A stretch of 64,000 nt of DNA from NCBI GenBank assembly GCA_963934255.1, contig CAWVXU010000003.1:1-64000 (forward strand). The letters run 5' to 3'. The notes below the pieces were generated by a model. It made no database searches and had not been told where the DNA came from. It saw only the letters and a program-made list of their open reading frames with translations. The translations under genes were made by a program, and so were the position numbers. Source of the DNA: an uncultured Fibrobacterales bacterium. Its GTDB lineage: Bacteria; Fibrobacterota; Fibrobacteria; Fibrobacterales; CAWVXU01. Below are positions 50,401 to 58,641 of the stretch, in pieces. Numbering within the stretch: the stretch's first letter is position 1; each line of letters opens with the position of its first letter.

Positions 50401-51260
50401 AAGTTTTCAATCCAAAAGATCAAATGCCACCCATTGCCATTGAATCCTTCCTTCAATTGGGAAGCACTCTGACTTCGGGCGATCAATTGAGAGTTAAATT
50501 TTCTGAGCCGATGAATACTGAGATTAATTATAGCTTAAACCTTTTTAACATCTATACACAAAACCAACCATCAAGATCTCCACAGAATTCAGATATGTCT
50601 TCTAATCGCTGGACTAGTAAAAACCACTCCATCATTGTCAAGTACAAAGGTGAGCCCTTAGAACGTCCTCAAATTGGTGATAGCCTTAATCTTGTTTCGG
50701 AACAAATTGAGATTCTTGAAGACCTTGCCAAAAACCAACCCTCCGTATTCAACCCTTTAGTTCAAATCAGAGGTAAACAAACACTTCAGTTTTTTGGACC
50801 TGACTTAGTTCATTATGCCAAGTTTGATCAGCTCAACCAAAAGCCTCCAAAAGTCATTGCCTTTGACCCTCACGCTCTAGAGTCTGATGCTTCTCTTCTC
50901 CACGATAACCTCCCGGGTATCGGATTTGACTTTGCCTATCAGGATCAAGCAGGCGTCAGCCGAGAAGAAATGAAGCTTGACTATGAGGTTTTCTACTATA
51001 CCAACTTAGGCGGATATGTCACTCACAAGGCCGGAACTTTGACTTGTTTAGATCTCGAAGATTTAGGTGTTTATGGGGCTTGTGACCCAACCAAGGTGGG
51101 TCCGTCAAAAAAAATCCGACTCTTTATTCCTTGGAACTACAAAGACAAGACTGGCAAGCTTGTAGGAAGTGGCGCCTATATTCAAAAATCAACAGTGACG
51201 ATCAATCACCTAGAAAAAATTAAATCTAGTTCGTCAAAACTCATTGGAATTAGACGTTAG
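47496..51260 (+). CDS. Large secreted multidomain protein, candidate lysozyme-fold glycoside hydrolase with Ig-like repeats and Fibrobacter-type C-terminal domain
   Basis: Signal peptide; GGAGG Shine-Dalgarno; GENF / GPFSIEPPT / AYNKG / YVEK motifs; repeated DxNxDGxxD and DxxxP blocks; tail YTNLGGYV...WNYKDKTGKLVGSGAYI. The CDS is secure; the function is inferred. Confidence 0.65.
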   Translation: MFLAHFLIFISPMMALAAINVEIKNPKWDDASWVSHQDDFSICNNSPISYVLDGVRYQTPEVSAWTVSEPVQGKDKTYDFKIPEYKKRVGGNQCLTFDTGFTGTPTGNDWTPYDPQALVKTGYCGGLSQEPNSSPITCAEAISSTQSGDYYNENYCLIDGFGTRGGPMSGGWIDTFEGETQIQVALPQIPFNQNSTFITFEPDEMGGPMYMMALAMGQEYMHMDMQFLIGIGGGENFTGMVHWETMGEVAGPRAGLLYGTGNNGMNGVDFGPFSIEPPTMGDNVTKSYPSFFPEYPCLSEESAPGCPSGHDIANEYMQTPGTGMVAPNSPEMAGAVIISGLGFWFIYDLIANATDFCMAQVISEGKDSLAAMKMMGKAYNKGINSGYENPFSDPSAIGMEDITPLLGAGGGFYVEKALKGAYPLVEANHNSEACGGTEPIYDAKIDKKTLQDFFFGTDGTPTTLGHGGVMHHFSATPEKREEMWDDVMCAFNSLSSHWSNETPSISYRYDFISILRVAKRHFSVARPLPNNFTYTNWLLTRTENPVACDGTVIDEVYPWWEIQSKVQSSDFIIEIKVEDNDSIAKVEWSLGDEWISWEQATWKNGTGKGDASYNIQIPQSLLQEMGLEKSHFLWIRTTDGCGNSTIGKTLIEGQPLPSLDSAFVYDVNGDGEADSIHVYGSEFEGPDASEAIKLFEFDSLSYAWPNISTHYLRSRADFENGEFSIFDNELRGSSGQGQATLYIQGGPLNTPIEDRIGPVISYAAITDYPVASKADTLIILFSEAIQLDFKTDFSYLLVNGVEVSSSQVKHINGQLYHFIFPRGTIVKDDLVKIRFESEITDVNQNPALAINQEVIVILDEGPIGLADSGHGFFDMNNDGTMDRLVINFLRPAQGKPMDVELNWKDDDDDIQLHTLLISDAQFTNTLAIWNFDSTLNFATETTYYDSTQSNWGQVTVTQDNLSNGEQTIQVFNPKDQMPPIAIESFLQLGSTLTSGDQLRVKFSEPMNTEINYSLNLFNIYTQNQPSRSPQNSDMSSNRWTSKNHSIIVKYKGEPLERPQIGDSLNLVSEQIEILEDLAKNQPSVFNPLVQIRGKQTLQFFGPDLVHYAKFDQLNQKPPKVIAFDPHALESDASLLHDNLPGIGFDFAYQDQAGVSREEMKLDYEVFYYTNLGGYVTHKAGTLTCLDLEDLGVYGACDPTKVGPSKKIRLFIPWNYKDKTGKLVGSGAYIQKSTVTINHLEKIKSSSSKLIGIRR

Positions 51261-51301
51261 ATATATCAGCTGATATCTGAGAAAATAAAATCTAAAAAAT
51301 C

Positions 51302-51334
51302 AAAAAGGAGTCTCGATCGAGGCTCCTTTTTTTT
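51302..51334. terminator. Bidirectional intrinsic terminator
   Basis: AAAAAGGAGTCTCG-AT-CGAGGCTCCTTTTTTTT between convergent genes. Confidence 0.88.
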
Positions 51335-51352
51335 GGTGTATTTTTTTGGAGA

Positions 51353-52258
51353 TTATTGGTCAAGTAAAGCTTTGAGGCTAGGCATAGCTTTTTCAAGTTC
51401 TTCTTCTAGCTCGCCGCCGAGATTAAACACCCCTGAAAAATCACCAAATTCAGGAAACTCTTTTAAGAAAAGCTCAATGTTTTCATTGATCTCAATTTTC
51501 TTCCAGTTTCCAGAGTGCCCCATGCCTTGGGTTTGAGCGAGGATATTTCCAAGAACCACACATGCTAAAATTTCTTTGTTTTTGGGAGCCCTAAGAGGCT
51601 GATGGTGGTACTGCATACAATCAGTCACACTCTCAGGTAATTTCCACTTGACGCCAAGCCATGAGCCTATAATGCCATGATGAACAGAGAAGAATTCGGT
51701 CTCAATTTCATAAAGAAATTTCTCACCCTTTTTGGCTTCTACTATGATCGCATTGAAGTCTTCGGGAAGATACTGAAGCAAAACCACTTTGCCCAAGTCA
51801 TGTAGCAACCCAGCGATAAATGCTTGGTTGGTTTGCTCAGGAAAATATTTCTTAGCAATCAGCTTGGCTGCAATCCCGACAACCGCAGAGTGTTCCCAAA
51901 ACTTGGCAAGATCCATCGTTGATGTCACACTACCGTCGCGTTTGAAAAAGTTCAGTACGGAGACACCGAGACCGATTTCTCGAACAATGTTAAAGCCAAG
52001 TAAAACAATAGCGCGTTGCACATCATGAACTTCTGAGGTGAGCCCATAGTAGGCTGAGTTACACATTTTGATGAGCTTGGCTGTAAGTACTTGGTCTTCT
52101 AAAATTAAGTCACCTAGCTGGGTGGCCGTAGTATTAGGATGATCGACCATTTCAATAAGTCTAGCATGAATTGTGGGTAGAGTAGGGAGGTTCAGTAATG
52201 ACTGAGTAATCTTCCTTAGATATAATGCGCGTTTTGCTTTTTTTTCTTCATCTACCAT
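51353..52258 (-). CDS. HDOD domain protein
   Basis: LPTLP, DQVLTAKLIKMCNSAYYG, AIVLLG, FWEHS, AGLLHDLGK, KWKLP, YHH. Confidence 0.93.
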   Translation of the reverse strand: MVDEEKKAKRALYLRKITQSLLNLPTLPTIHARLIEMVDHPNTTATQLGDLILEDQVLTAKLIKMCNSAYYGLTSEVHDVQRAIVLLGFNIVREIGLGVSVLNFFKRDGSVTSTMDLAKFWEHSAVVGIAAKLIAKKYFPEQTNQAFIAGLLHDLGKVVLLQYLPEDFNAIIVEAKKGEKFLYEIETEFFSVHHGIIGSWLGVKWKLPESVTDCMQYHHQPLRAPKNKEILACVVLGNILAQTQGMGHSGNWKKIEINENIELFLKEFPEFGDFSGVFNLGGELEEELEKAMPSLKALLDQ

Positions 52259-52300
52259 GACTCTAATTTAACAATAAACTAGTTCAAGGTGTGTTGTTGG

Positions 52301-52615
52301 TTAGGCACTAAAATCAAATATATCCCCGCCACCTAGATGTGCCGGTGGATGTTCAGATTTTTGTTGGAGAATTTTGTCGCGTTTGGCATTTTCACGACGC
52401 TCTTGTTCTTGTTTTTGAGCCTCTGAATCTAGCGCCTCTTGCTCACTCAGATAGTTCACTTCTTGGTCTTTTTGAGTATCCTCTTGGAGCTTTTTATTTT
52501 TATCCAAATCTGCATCCACAACTTCTTTATGCACACGGTTATTTTCCATTTCACTAGTAGTGAAACTTCGACTAACGCTATCTTGGTTGAGAAGTGGGCT
52601 TGCGTATGTCATCAA
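52301..52615 (-). CDS. Small charged hypothetical protein, flagellar-cluster associated
   Basis: GAGG Shine-Dalgarno; C-terminal HLGGGDIFDFSA resembles the tail of YjfB-like proteins. Confidence 0.65.
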   Translation of the reverse strand: MMTYASPLLNQDSVSRSFTTSEMENNRVHKEVVDADLDKNKKLQEDTQKDQEVNYLSEQEALDSEAQKQEQERRENAKRDKILQQKSEHPPAHLGGGDIFDFSA

Positions 52616-52705
52616 TTACCTCTTAGGTTGCCTTTATAAAGTAAGTTTTTTTTGTGTATTCTCTGCATGATTCTTGAAAACCTCAGTAAATCATTCAACA
52701 TACTT

Positions 52706-52969
52706 TCATCGCATTTGATCGATTCTAAACTTTATGGCCTCCAACGGATCAGAAAGGTCAATCGCATGATGCTCTTTTTCATAAGCTTCAGCTCGGGTAA
52801 TCAATAAATCTATACCATCATAGCCCTCTGTATCCAACTTGGCACCCATCAATTTCTCTATTTAGCACAGGGCCTCGTCATAGTCTGACTCTGTTTTTAT
52901 TGCTTTTACTCTCAGATTCATTCGTTCTATATCTGAACTAAATCTATTGTATCATACCCCGTTTTTACC
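52706..52969 (-). pseudogene. higA: Decayed higBA toxin-antitoxin remnant
   Basis: From ATG 52921: MNLRVKAIKTESDYDEALC*IEKLMGAKLDTEGYDGIDLLITRAEAYEKEHHAIDLSDPLEAIKFRIDQMR*. This is a HigA N-terminal domain with an internal TAA (52862-52864) and a stop before the HTH. Upstream YDTIDLVQI* resembles a HigB C-terminus. Confidence 0.8.
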
Positions 52970-52972
52970 GCT

Positions 52973-53006
52973 AAAAACAAGAAAGACTGCCTTGGGAGCA
53001 GTCCTT
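52973..53006 (-). terminator. Intrinsic terminator after fliA
   Basis: Minus strand AAGGACTGC-loop-GCAGTCTTTCTTGTTTTT. Confidence 0.65.
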
Positions 53007-53060
53007 GAAATACACCCCATTTATAAGGGCTATCCTAAAGTTTGATTAAACGAGCTAGTA

Positions 53061-53843
53061 CTATGCGTTGACTCGAGTTATCAGTCTTGAGCGCAATTTG
53101 ATCATCGCCTTGGAATGAATCTGTGAAACTCTTGACTCAGTAATACCTAAGACTTGACCAATCTCTTTAAGTGTCAGCTCTTCATAGTGATAGAGTGCTA
53201 CGACTAGCTTTTCTTTTTCTGGAAGCTCGCCAATCGTCTCTTTGAGGATGCGCTTCACTTCTTGGTAGCCTAGCTCTTTAAGAGGGTCGGAACCAGCCGG
53301 ATCAGTAATAGTATCAATTAGGCTAAGTGACTTACCCTCACCCCCACGCTCAGGTAGGCTCTCTTCAAGGCTGACTATGGTCGTAGGTGCAACTTCACCT
53401 AGTAGTGATTCAAACTCACTCATTGTGATGCCAAGAGCGTCTGCTACTTCGTCATCATAAGGTATGCGTCCGAGCTCTTGCTCAAGTTTAGCATAAGTAT
53501 TTTGCAATTTTTTGGATTTGGTACGAATCGAGCGCGGAACCCAATCTTGAGCGCGAAGCTCATCGAGGATAGCACCACGAATCTTATGAGTGGCAAAGGT
53601 CTCAAATTTAAAGCCTAAGCTCAGATCAAAAGTTTCAACCGCTTTAATCAAACCGAAAACACCTGATCCAATCAAATCACCCAATTCAACTGACTTGGGT
53701 AAATTTAAGCCAATACGTTGAGCAGTATATTTGACCAGCGAAGTATACTCCGCTAAAATTTTATCTTTAGCGAGCTTAGAATCGTGTTCTTTATATTGGA
53801 CCCATAAGTCGTTTAAATCTGCCACTGAAGTGTTACCGTTCAA
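53061..53843 (-). CDS. fliA: RNA polymerase sigma-28 factor (FliA/WhiG)
   Basis: KFETFA..KIRGAILDELRAQDWVPRSIR, EELTLKEIG.VLGITESRVSQIHSKA. Confidence 0.96.
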   Translation of the reverse strand: MNGNTSVADLNDLWVQYKEHDSKLAKDKILAEYTSLVKYTAQRIGLNLPKSVELGDLIGSGVFGLIKAVETFDLSLGFKFETFATHKIRGAILDELRAQDWVPRSIRTKSKKLQNTYAKLEQELGRIPYDDEVADALGITMSEFESLLGEVAPTTIVSLEESLPERGGEGKSLSLIDTITDPAGSDPLKELGYQEVKRILKETIGELPEKEKLVVALYHYEELTLKEIGQVLGITESRVSQIHSKAMIKLRSRLITRVNA

Positions 53844-54036
53844 TCCCTATCATTAGTCTTATATACAACTCTATTAAATTATCCTATTTATCAGTTAAAA
53901 ATTCAAAATAAATCGTAGAAATTTTAAATTTTTAAGCTTTTTTAGACCATTCTAGCATTACAATTGACAAAGTACCTCAAATGAGGCCTTGATTAAATTG
54001 AAAATAAATTTCACTCAAAACCTTATGTCATGAATA

Positions 54037-54360
54037 TTATTGTTTATTCTCTTCTTGATATTCTTCATACCAAGCTTTTTCTTGATCTGACGGCTCGGCT
54101 AGGTAGAAAGATAGCCCACCTTTATAGCGATCAACATGATGTTCTTTGGCTGAAACTGCAAGCGCTTTGACAAAAGTATCCAAAAGAATTGAAATAAAGA
54201 ACCAAGCAACACCAGACACCATTAAAGCTTTACCGAAATCAAAAATAACGGTGAGTATATCTAAATCGTTTCTCAAAAGCATCGATAATCCGAAGACTAT
54301 CCAAAAACAAGCTATAACAGCTGTTTTGGTGAGTGCACGCGACAGTGGTAATGTATTCAT
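54037..54360 (-). CDS. Small two-TM hypothetical protein
   Basis: GGAG Shine-Dalgarno; lies between flhG and fliA. Confidence 0.65.
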   Translation of the reverse strand: MNTLPLSRALTKTAVIACFWIVFGLSMLLRNDLDILTVIFDFGKALMVSGVAWFFISILLDTFVKALAVSAKEHHVDRYKGGLSFYLAEPSDQEKAWYEEYQEENKQ

Positions 54361-54391
54361 AATTTCTCCAATGTCTTCGTCCTTGAAAGTC

Positions 54392-55213
54392 TTAAGACAA
54401 ATCCTTTTGTCTTCGTAAATTGATTAATACCCCTTGTAAGTTTTGCACATAGGGAGACTGTGGGTATGCTTTTTTTATCGGCTTTTGTTGCATGAGAGCT
54501 TTAGGTATATTTGGATCCTTAGGTAAAAACCCACAAAAAGCAGGTCTAATTCCTAAAAATTGCTCTGAAACTCTGCATAATTGAGCATGAGTGTGAATCG
54601 CCTCTTGTTCCTTTTCAGCCTGATTAACAACCACTACCACTTCTTGAGCTGGATTATACTTCTTGATCGTCTTTAAGGTTGAGTATGCATCAGCAAGTGA
54701 AGTTAGCTCGGGCGTTAAAATTAAAACAACTTGATCAACAGTGGTTGTTAGAGCGATTGTTGATTCTGAAAGCCCCGCACCCACATCTATAATTTGTGCA
54801 TCATAAACGCTACCCTTAGGACCATGTAACTCGGATATAATCCGCTCCATTGCTCCACTTTGGATCCAATTCATCGAAGGAATACCTGAGAAACCGTGAA
54901 TAAAATCTAAACCAAAAACATCCTTCATCAGCAAACCATCAAAGTCAACTTCACCATCTAAATAATGCCCCCAATGACGCTTAGGACTGACTCCCATCAT
55001 CAGGTGTAAATCAGCCAGACCAGGATCCCCATCAAGCAGCAGTACTTTGGCGTGATCTGCAATCACCATCGCTAAATTAAGAGAGAAATTAGTCTTCCCT
55101 ACTCCACCTTTACCAGATGCGACAGCAATTCTCCAAGTCTTACCCGAGGGTAAGCTTTCACGAAGTGCCATTAAATCCTGGAAGTACTCGAGCTGCGATT
55201 TAACTTTTGTCAT
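54392..55213 (-). CDS. flhG: MinD-like flagellar number regulator
   Basis: SGKGGVGKT, IIDVGAG, TPELTSLADAY; follows flhF. Confidence 0.9.
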   Translation of the reverse strand: MTKVKSQLEYFQDLMALRESLPSGKTWRIAVASGKGGVGKTNFSLNLAMVIADHAKVLLLDGDPGLADLHLMMGVSPKRHWGHYLDGEVDFDGLLMKDVFGLDFIHGFSGIPSMNWIQSGAMERIISELHGPKGSVYDAQIIDVGAGLSESTIALTTTVDQVVLILTPELTSLADAYSTLKTIKKYNPAQEVVVVVNQAEKEQEAIHTHAQLCRVSEQFLGIRPAFCGFLPKDPNIPKALMQQKPIKKAYPQSPYVQNLQGVLINLRRQKDLS

Positions 55214-55222
55214 ATAAAGACC

Positions 55223-56554
55223 TTAACCTTCAGCCATAATCCAGCCAGCAATTTCGCTAGCATCAGCAGTCAGGATATCATCGGGTATGGTCTGCCCATG
55301 ACATAAATAAGCCAGACCAAGTTTCTTTTGAACACTTAAATTCCAAAGCGCACCCATCTCAGAAGTCTCATCAACCTTGGTATAAATTAGACGACTGATT
55401 CCAAAAGGTTTGAATTTCTCATAAAAAGCATTGAGATCTCGCTCACGAGTATTGGCAGCTAAGACAAGATAGGTTTCATCGGCTTGGACGAATTTTGAAA
55501 TGTCAGAAAGCTCACTCATATGATGTTTGTGTTCTCTTGAACGACCAGCTGAATCTACAAGGATTAAATCTTTGTCTTTTAGGTCATCTAATGCTTGATC
55601 AATGTCTTCTTCACTAAAAGCCGCTCTAAAATCTATCTGAGCTGACCTTGCAAAAACTGACATTTGTTCCATAGCTCCCATGCGATAACCATCGGTGCTA
55701 ATGATACCCACATTAACATTACCAGACATCAGCTGCTCGGCGGCAATTTTAGCAATCGTCGTTGATTTACCTACACCAGTTGGACCTAAAAAAAGAAGTA
55801 TCGTCGCTCGATTCTCTTGAAGTGAAAGCGTAGGAGCAATCGGAAGCTTGGAAGTGAGTTTGTTTTTAATCCAAACTTTGGAATCTTCTTCACTGCGATC
55901 TTTAGGGCTAATTTCAAGAGCATATTCGGTAATCAGTTGACCAGCAAGCTCAGGAATAATACCCGAATGAGTCAGTTGTCTATAAACTCGACGAAGTTCA
56001 GCTGGCACCGCACTTGAGCTTTGTTCAAACCCTTCAGATATTTGCGACTGAAGTTTTTTCATTTCCTTTTGCAATTTGTCAAATTCACTCGTTAAATTCT
56101 TTTGATTGATAGCATCTTGAGCAGATTGTTTGGCTCTACTTGCATTCGATGTCCCAGAATTATCAGAGTTGTCAAAGTTGTCAGAGTTATGAGTCGAGGT
56201 ATTTGAGTTAGAGGTAGAAGGAGGGATTTTTTCTACATGAGGAAGTTCTTGAGGTTGAAACTTTTGGCCACCAGGGGTATAAGTACCTTGGAATGGTGAT
56301 GCCGTGTCGTCAATGTTTTGAGTAGCTCTGTTTTGAGCATTGATGTTTTGCTTAAGACGAGCTTCAAAAGTATTCATCTCTGGTCGTGCGATAAGACTTT
56401 CATCTAAACTCGCTGTAACTTCAATCTGACCTGCATTAAGCACTCCACCAGAGAGTTGCTCGGTGCGGATGATCACAGCTTGAGGACCTAGCTCATCTTT
56501 AACTTTGAGCAATGCTTCTCGCATTGTAGGGGCTATAAACTTTTTTAAATCCAC
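55223..56554 (-). CDS. flhF: Flagellar SRP-like GTPase
   Basis: APTMREAL..VKDELG, GPTGVGKSTT.AK, DSAGRS, TKVDET, GQTIPDD. Confidence 0.93.
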   Translation of the reverse strand: MDLKKFIAPTMREALLKVKDELGPQAVIIRTEQLSGGVLNAGQIEVTASLDESLIARPEMNTFEARLKQNINAQNRATQNIDDTASPFQGTYTPGGQKFQPQELPHVEKIPPSTSNSNTSTHNSDNFDNSDNSGTSNASRAKQSAQDAINQKNLTSEFDKLQKEMKKLQSQISEGFEQSSSAVPAELRRVYRQLTHSGIIPELAGQLITEYALEISPKDRSEEDSKVWIKNKLTSKLPIAPTLSLQENRATILLFLGPTGVGKSTTIAKIAAEQLMSGNVNVGIISTDGYRMGAMEQMSVFARSAQIDFRAAFSEEDIDQALDDLKDKDLILVDSAGRSREHKHHMSELSDISKFVQADETYLVLAANTRERDLNAFYEKFKPFGISRLIYTKVDETSEMGALWNLSVQKKLGLAYLCHGQTIPDDILTADASEIAGWIMAEG

Positions 56555-56562
56555 TGAAATCC

Positions 56563-58641
56563 TCAGCTTTCTTGAATCGAAATCGTGCCTGCGGCTTTTA
56601 TATTAATACCTAGTGCAATTTCACCATATGCTAGAACATAAACGTTTGGGTATGAACTTTCAACTAATTTCACGAGTGGGAATCGAATTCCGGGAGATAC
56701 TACAATGACAGCGGGTTGGTTCATTGCTACCATTTTTTCATATTCTGGAGATACAGCGTCTAATAATTTGCCTACCATCTCAGGTCGAAGGACAAGTCTT
56801 GGCCCGCGCTCAGTCGTCTGAACTGAAGCCTCTAGTATCTGCTCTAACTCTGGATGCAGAGTCATCACATGGATGACATCTTCATAGTCTTTGAGACCTG
56901 AACAGATCTGGCGAGCCAGAGCTGCTCGACAATGCTCAGTAATATAAGTTGAATCTTTAGAAATTTTGGCCGTCTCAGCCATGATTTCCATAATGGTCAC
57001 CAAATCTCGAATACTCACCCGTTCATTGAGTAAATTTTCCAGTACAATCTGTATTTCACCCATATTCATCAAACTCGGAATGAGCTCTTCTACTATTGCT
57101 GGCGAATGAGTTTTGACATTATCAATCAAGGCTTTGACATCTTCACGGGTCAAAATCTCTGATGCATTTTTGCGGATAATTTCAGTAATATGCGTTGCAA
57201 GTACAGCAGGTAGTTCAACTACTGTATACCCAGCAAGTTCAGCCGTCTCACGTTGGCTCTCAGTAATCCACATCGCGGGCAAACCAAAGGCTGGTTCCAC
57301 AGTCGGGATACCGTTAATTTTTTGTGAAGTTTGACCAGGATCCATCGCAAGGTAAGAGCCCATCATCAACTCTCCACCCCCCACTTCAATGCCTTTGATT
57401 TTGACTGTGTAGTTATTGGGCTGTAATTGAATATTGTCTCGTATGCGAATAGGAGGCACTAAAGTCCCGAGTTCAGTAGCCATTTGTCGTCTAAGCATAG
57501 TGATTCGCTCAAGTAAATCGCCACCTTGATTTTTATCTACTAGCGGAATCAGGCCATATCCAATTTCCATTTCCATCTGATCAATTTTAAGAAAATCTTC
57601 AATTTTTTCTTCAGCTATTGGCTCATCCGAGTTACCGGATTCACCTTCGGCTTCGTCAGTCTCTGATTGCTTTGTGGAGTTAGTGTGGATTTTGTAAGCG
57701 GCATATCCCATCAGAATACCAAGGGAGACAAATGGTAAAGTAGGCATCCCAGGAATGACACCCATTAAACACATCACAATAGCTGCGACATACATTGCAC
57801 GAGTAGATTGACTAAATTGATCAATCATTTCTTCACCAAGGTTGCCCTTAGATGCTGCGCGTGTCACAATAATACCCGAGGCAGTTGAAATCATGAGTGA
57901 AGGCATTTGCGAGGCAAGTCCGTCACCAATAGTTAGCTTAGTATATGTTGAAATTGCTGTAGTAAAATCCATATCCTGAAGCAACATACCCGAGACAAAT
58001 CCACCAATAACATTAATGGCTGTAATAAATAGACCTGCTACGGCGTCACCTTTGACGAACTTGGACGCACCATCCATCGCACCATAAAAGTCAGCTTCGC
58101 GAGATATATCAGATCGTTTTTTCTTGGCTTCTTCTTCAGTCAAAAGGCCGTTATTTAAGTCAGCATCAACAGACATTTGTTTACCGGGCATGGCATCAAG
58201 TGTAAACCTTGCAGCCACCTCGGCGATTCGACCAGCACCCTTAGTAATCACGGTAAACTGAACAAGGACAAGGATGATAAATATGACTACACCCACAATG
58301 ATATTACCGGCCGTCACAAACTCACCAAATGATTGAATCACATCACCTGCTTTGCCTTCGGATAAAATCATCCGAGTGGTGGCGATATTGAGGGATATTC
58401 GAAATAGGGAGAGGACTAGTAGTAAGCCTGGAAAGATGGAAAAGTCTAAAACATTATCCAAGTACATAGAAATAATAAGAACTAACAGAGCCACCGAGAT
58501 CATTAGCGCCAAAAGTATGTCAACCGTCCATAAAGGAATCGGCACAATCATCATAACGACAATTCCGACGATACCTAGGATAACAAAAAGTTCTTTATTC
58601 TTTTTGAGTAGGCCCATGCTTAATAACGATTTAAAATCCAA
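56563..58641 (-). CDS. flhA: Flagellar export gate protein FlhA
   Basis: RIAEVAARFTLDAMPGKQM, FYGAMDGASKFVKGDA, LTIGDGL, ERVSIRDL. Confidence 0.97.
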   Translation of the reverse strand: MDFKSLLSMGLLKKNKELFVILGIVGIVVMMIVPIPLWTVDILLALMISVALLVLIISMYLDNVLDFSIFPGLLLVLSLFRISLNIATTRMILSEGKAGDVIQSFGEFVTAGNIIVGVVIFIILVLVQFTVITKGAGRIAEVAARFTLDAMPGKQMSVDADLNNGLLTEEEAKKKRSDISREADFYGAMDGASKFVKGDAVAGLFITAINVIGGFVSGMLLQDMDFTTAISTYTKLTIGDGLASQMPSLMISTASGIIVTRAASKGNLGEEMIDQFSQSTRAMYVAAIVMCLMGVIPGMPTLPFVSLGILMGYAAYKIHTNSTKQSETDEAEGESGNSDEPIAEEKIEDFLKIDQMEMEIGYGLIPLVDKNQGGDLLERITMLRRQMATELGTLVPPIRIRDNIQLQPNNYTVKIKGIEVGGGELMMGSYLAMDPGQTSQKINGIPTVEPAFGLPAMWITESQRETAELAGYTVVELPAVLATHITEIIRKNASEILTREDVKALIDNVKTHSPAIVEELIPSLMNMGEIQIVLENLLNERVSIRDLVTIMEIMAETAKISKDSTYITEHCRAALARQICSGLKDYEDVIHVMTLHPELEQILEASVQTTERGPRLVLRPEMVGKLLDAVSPEYEKMVAMNQPAVIVVSPGIRFPLVKLVESSYPNVYVLAYGEIALGINIKAAGTISIQES

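Noticed and set aside
51263..51276. Perfect 14-bp palindrome ATATCAGCTGATAT
   Set aside because: Single occurrence just after a stop codon between convergent genes; no supporting context.
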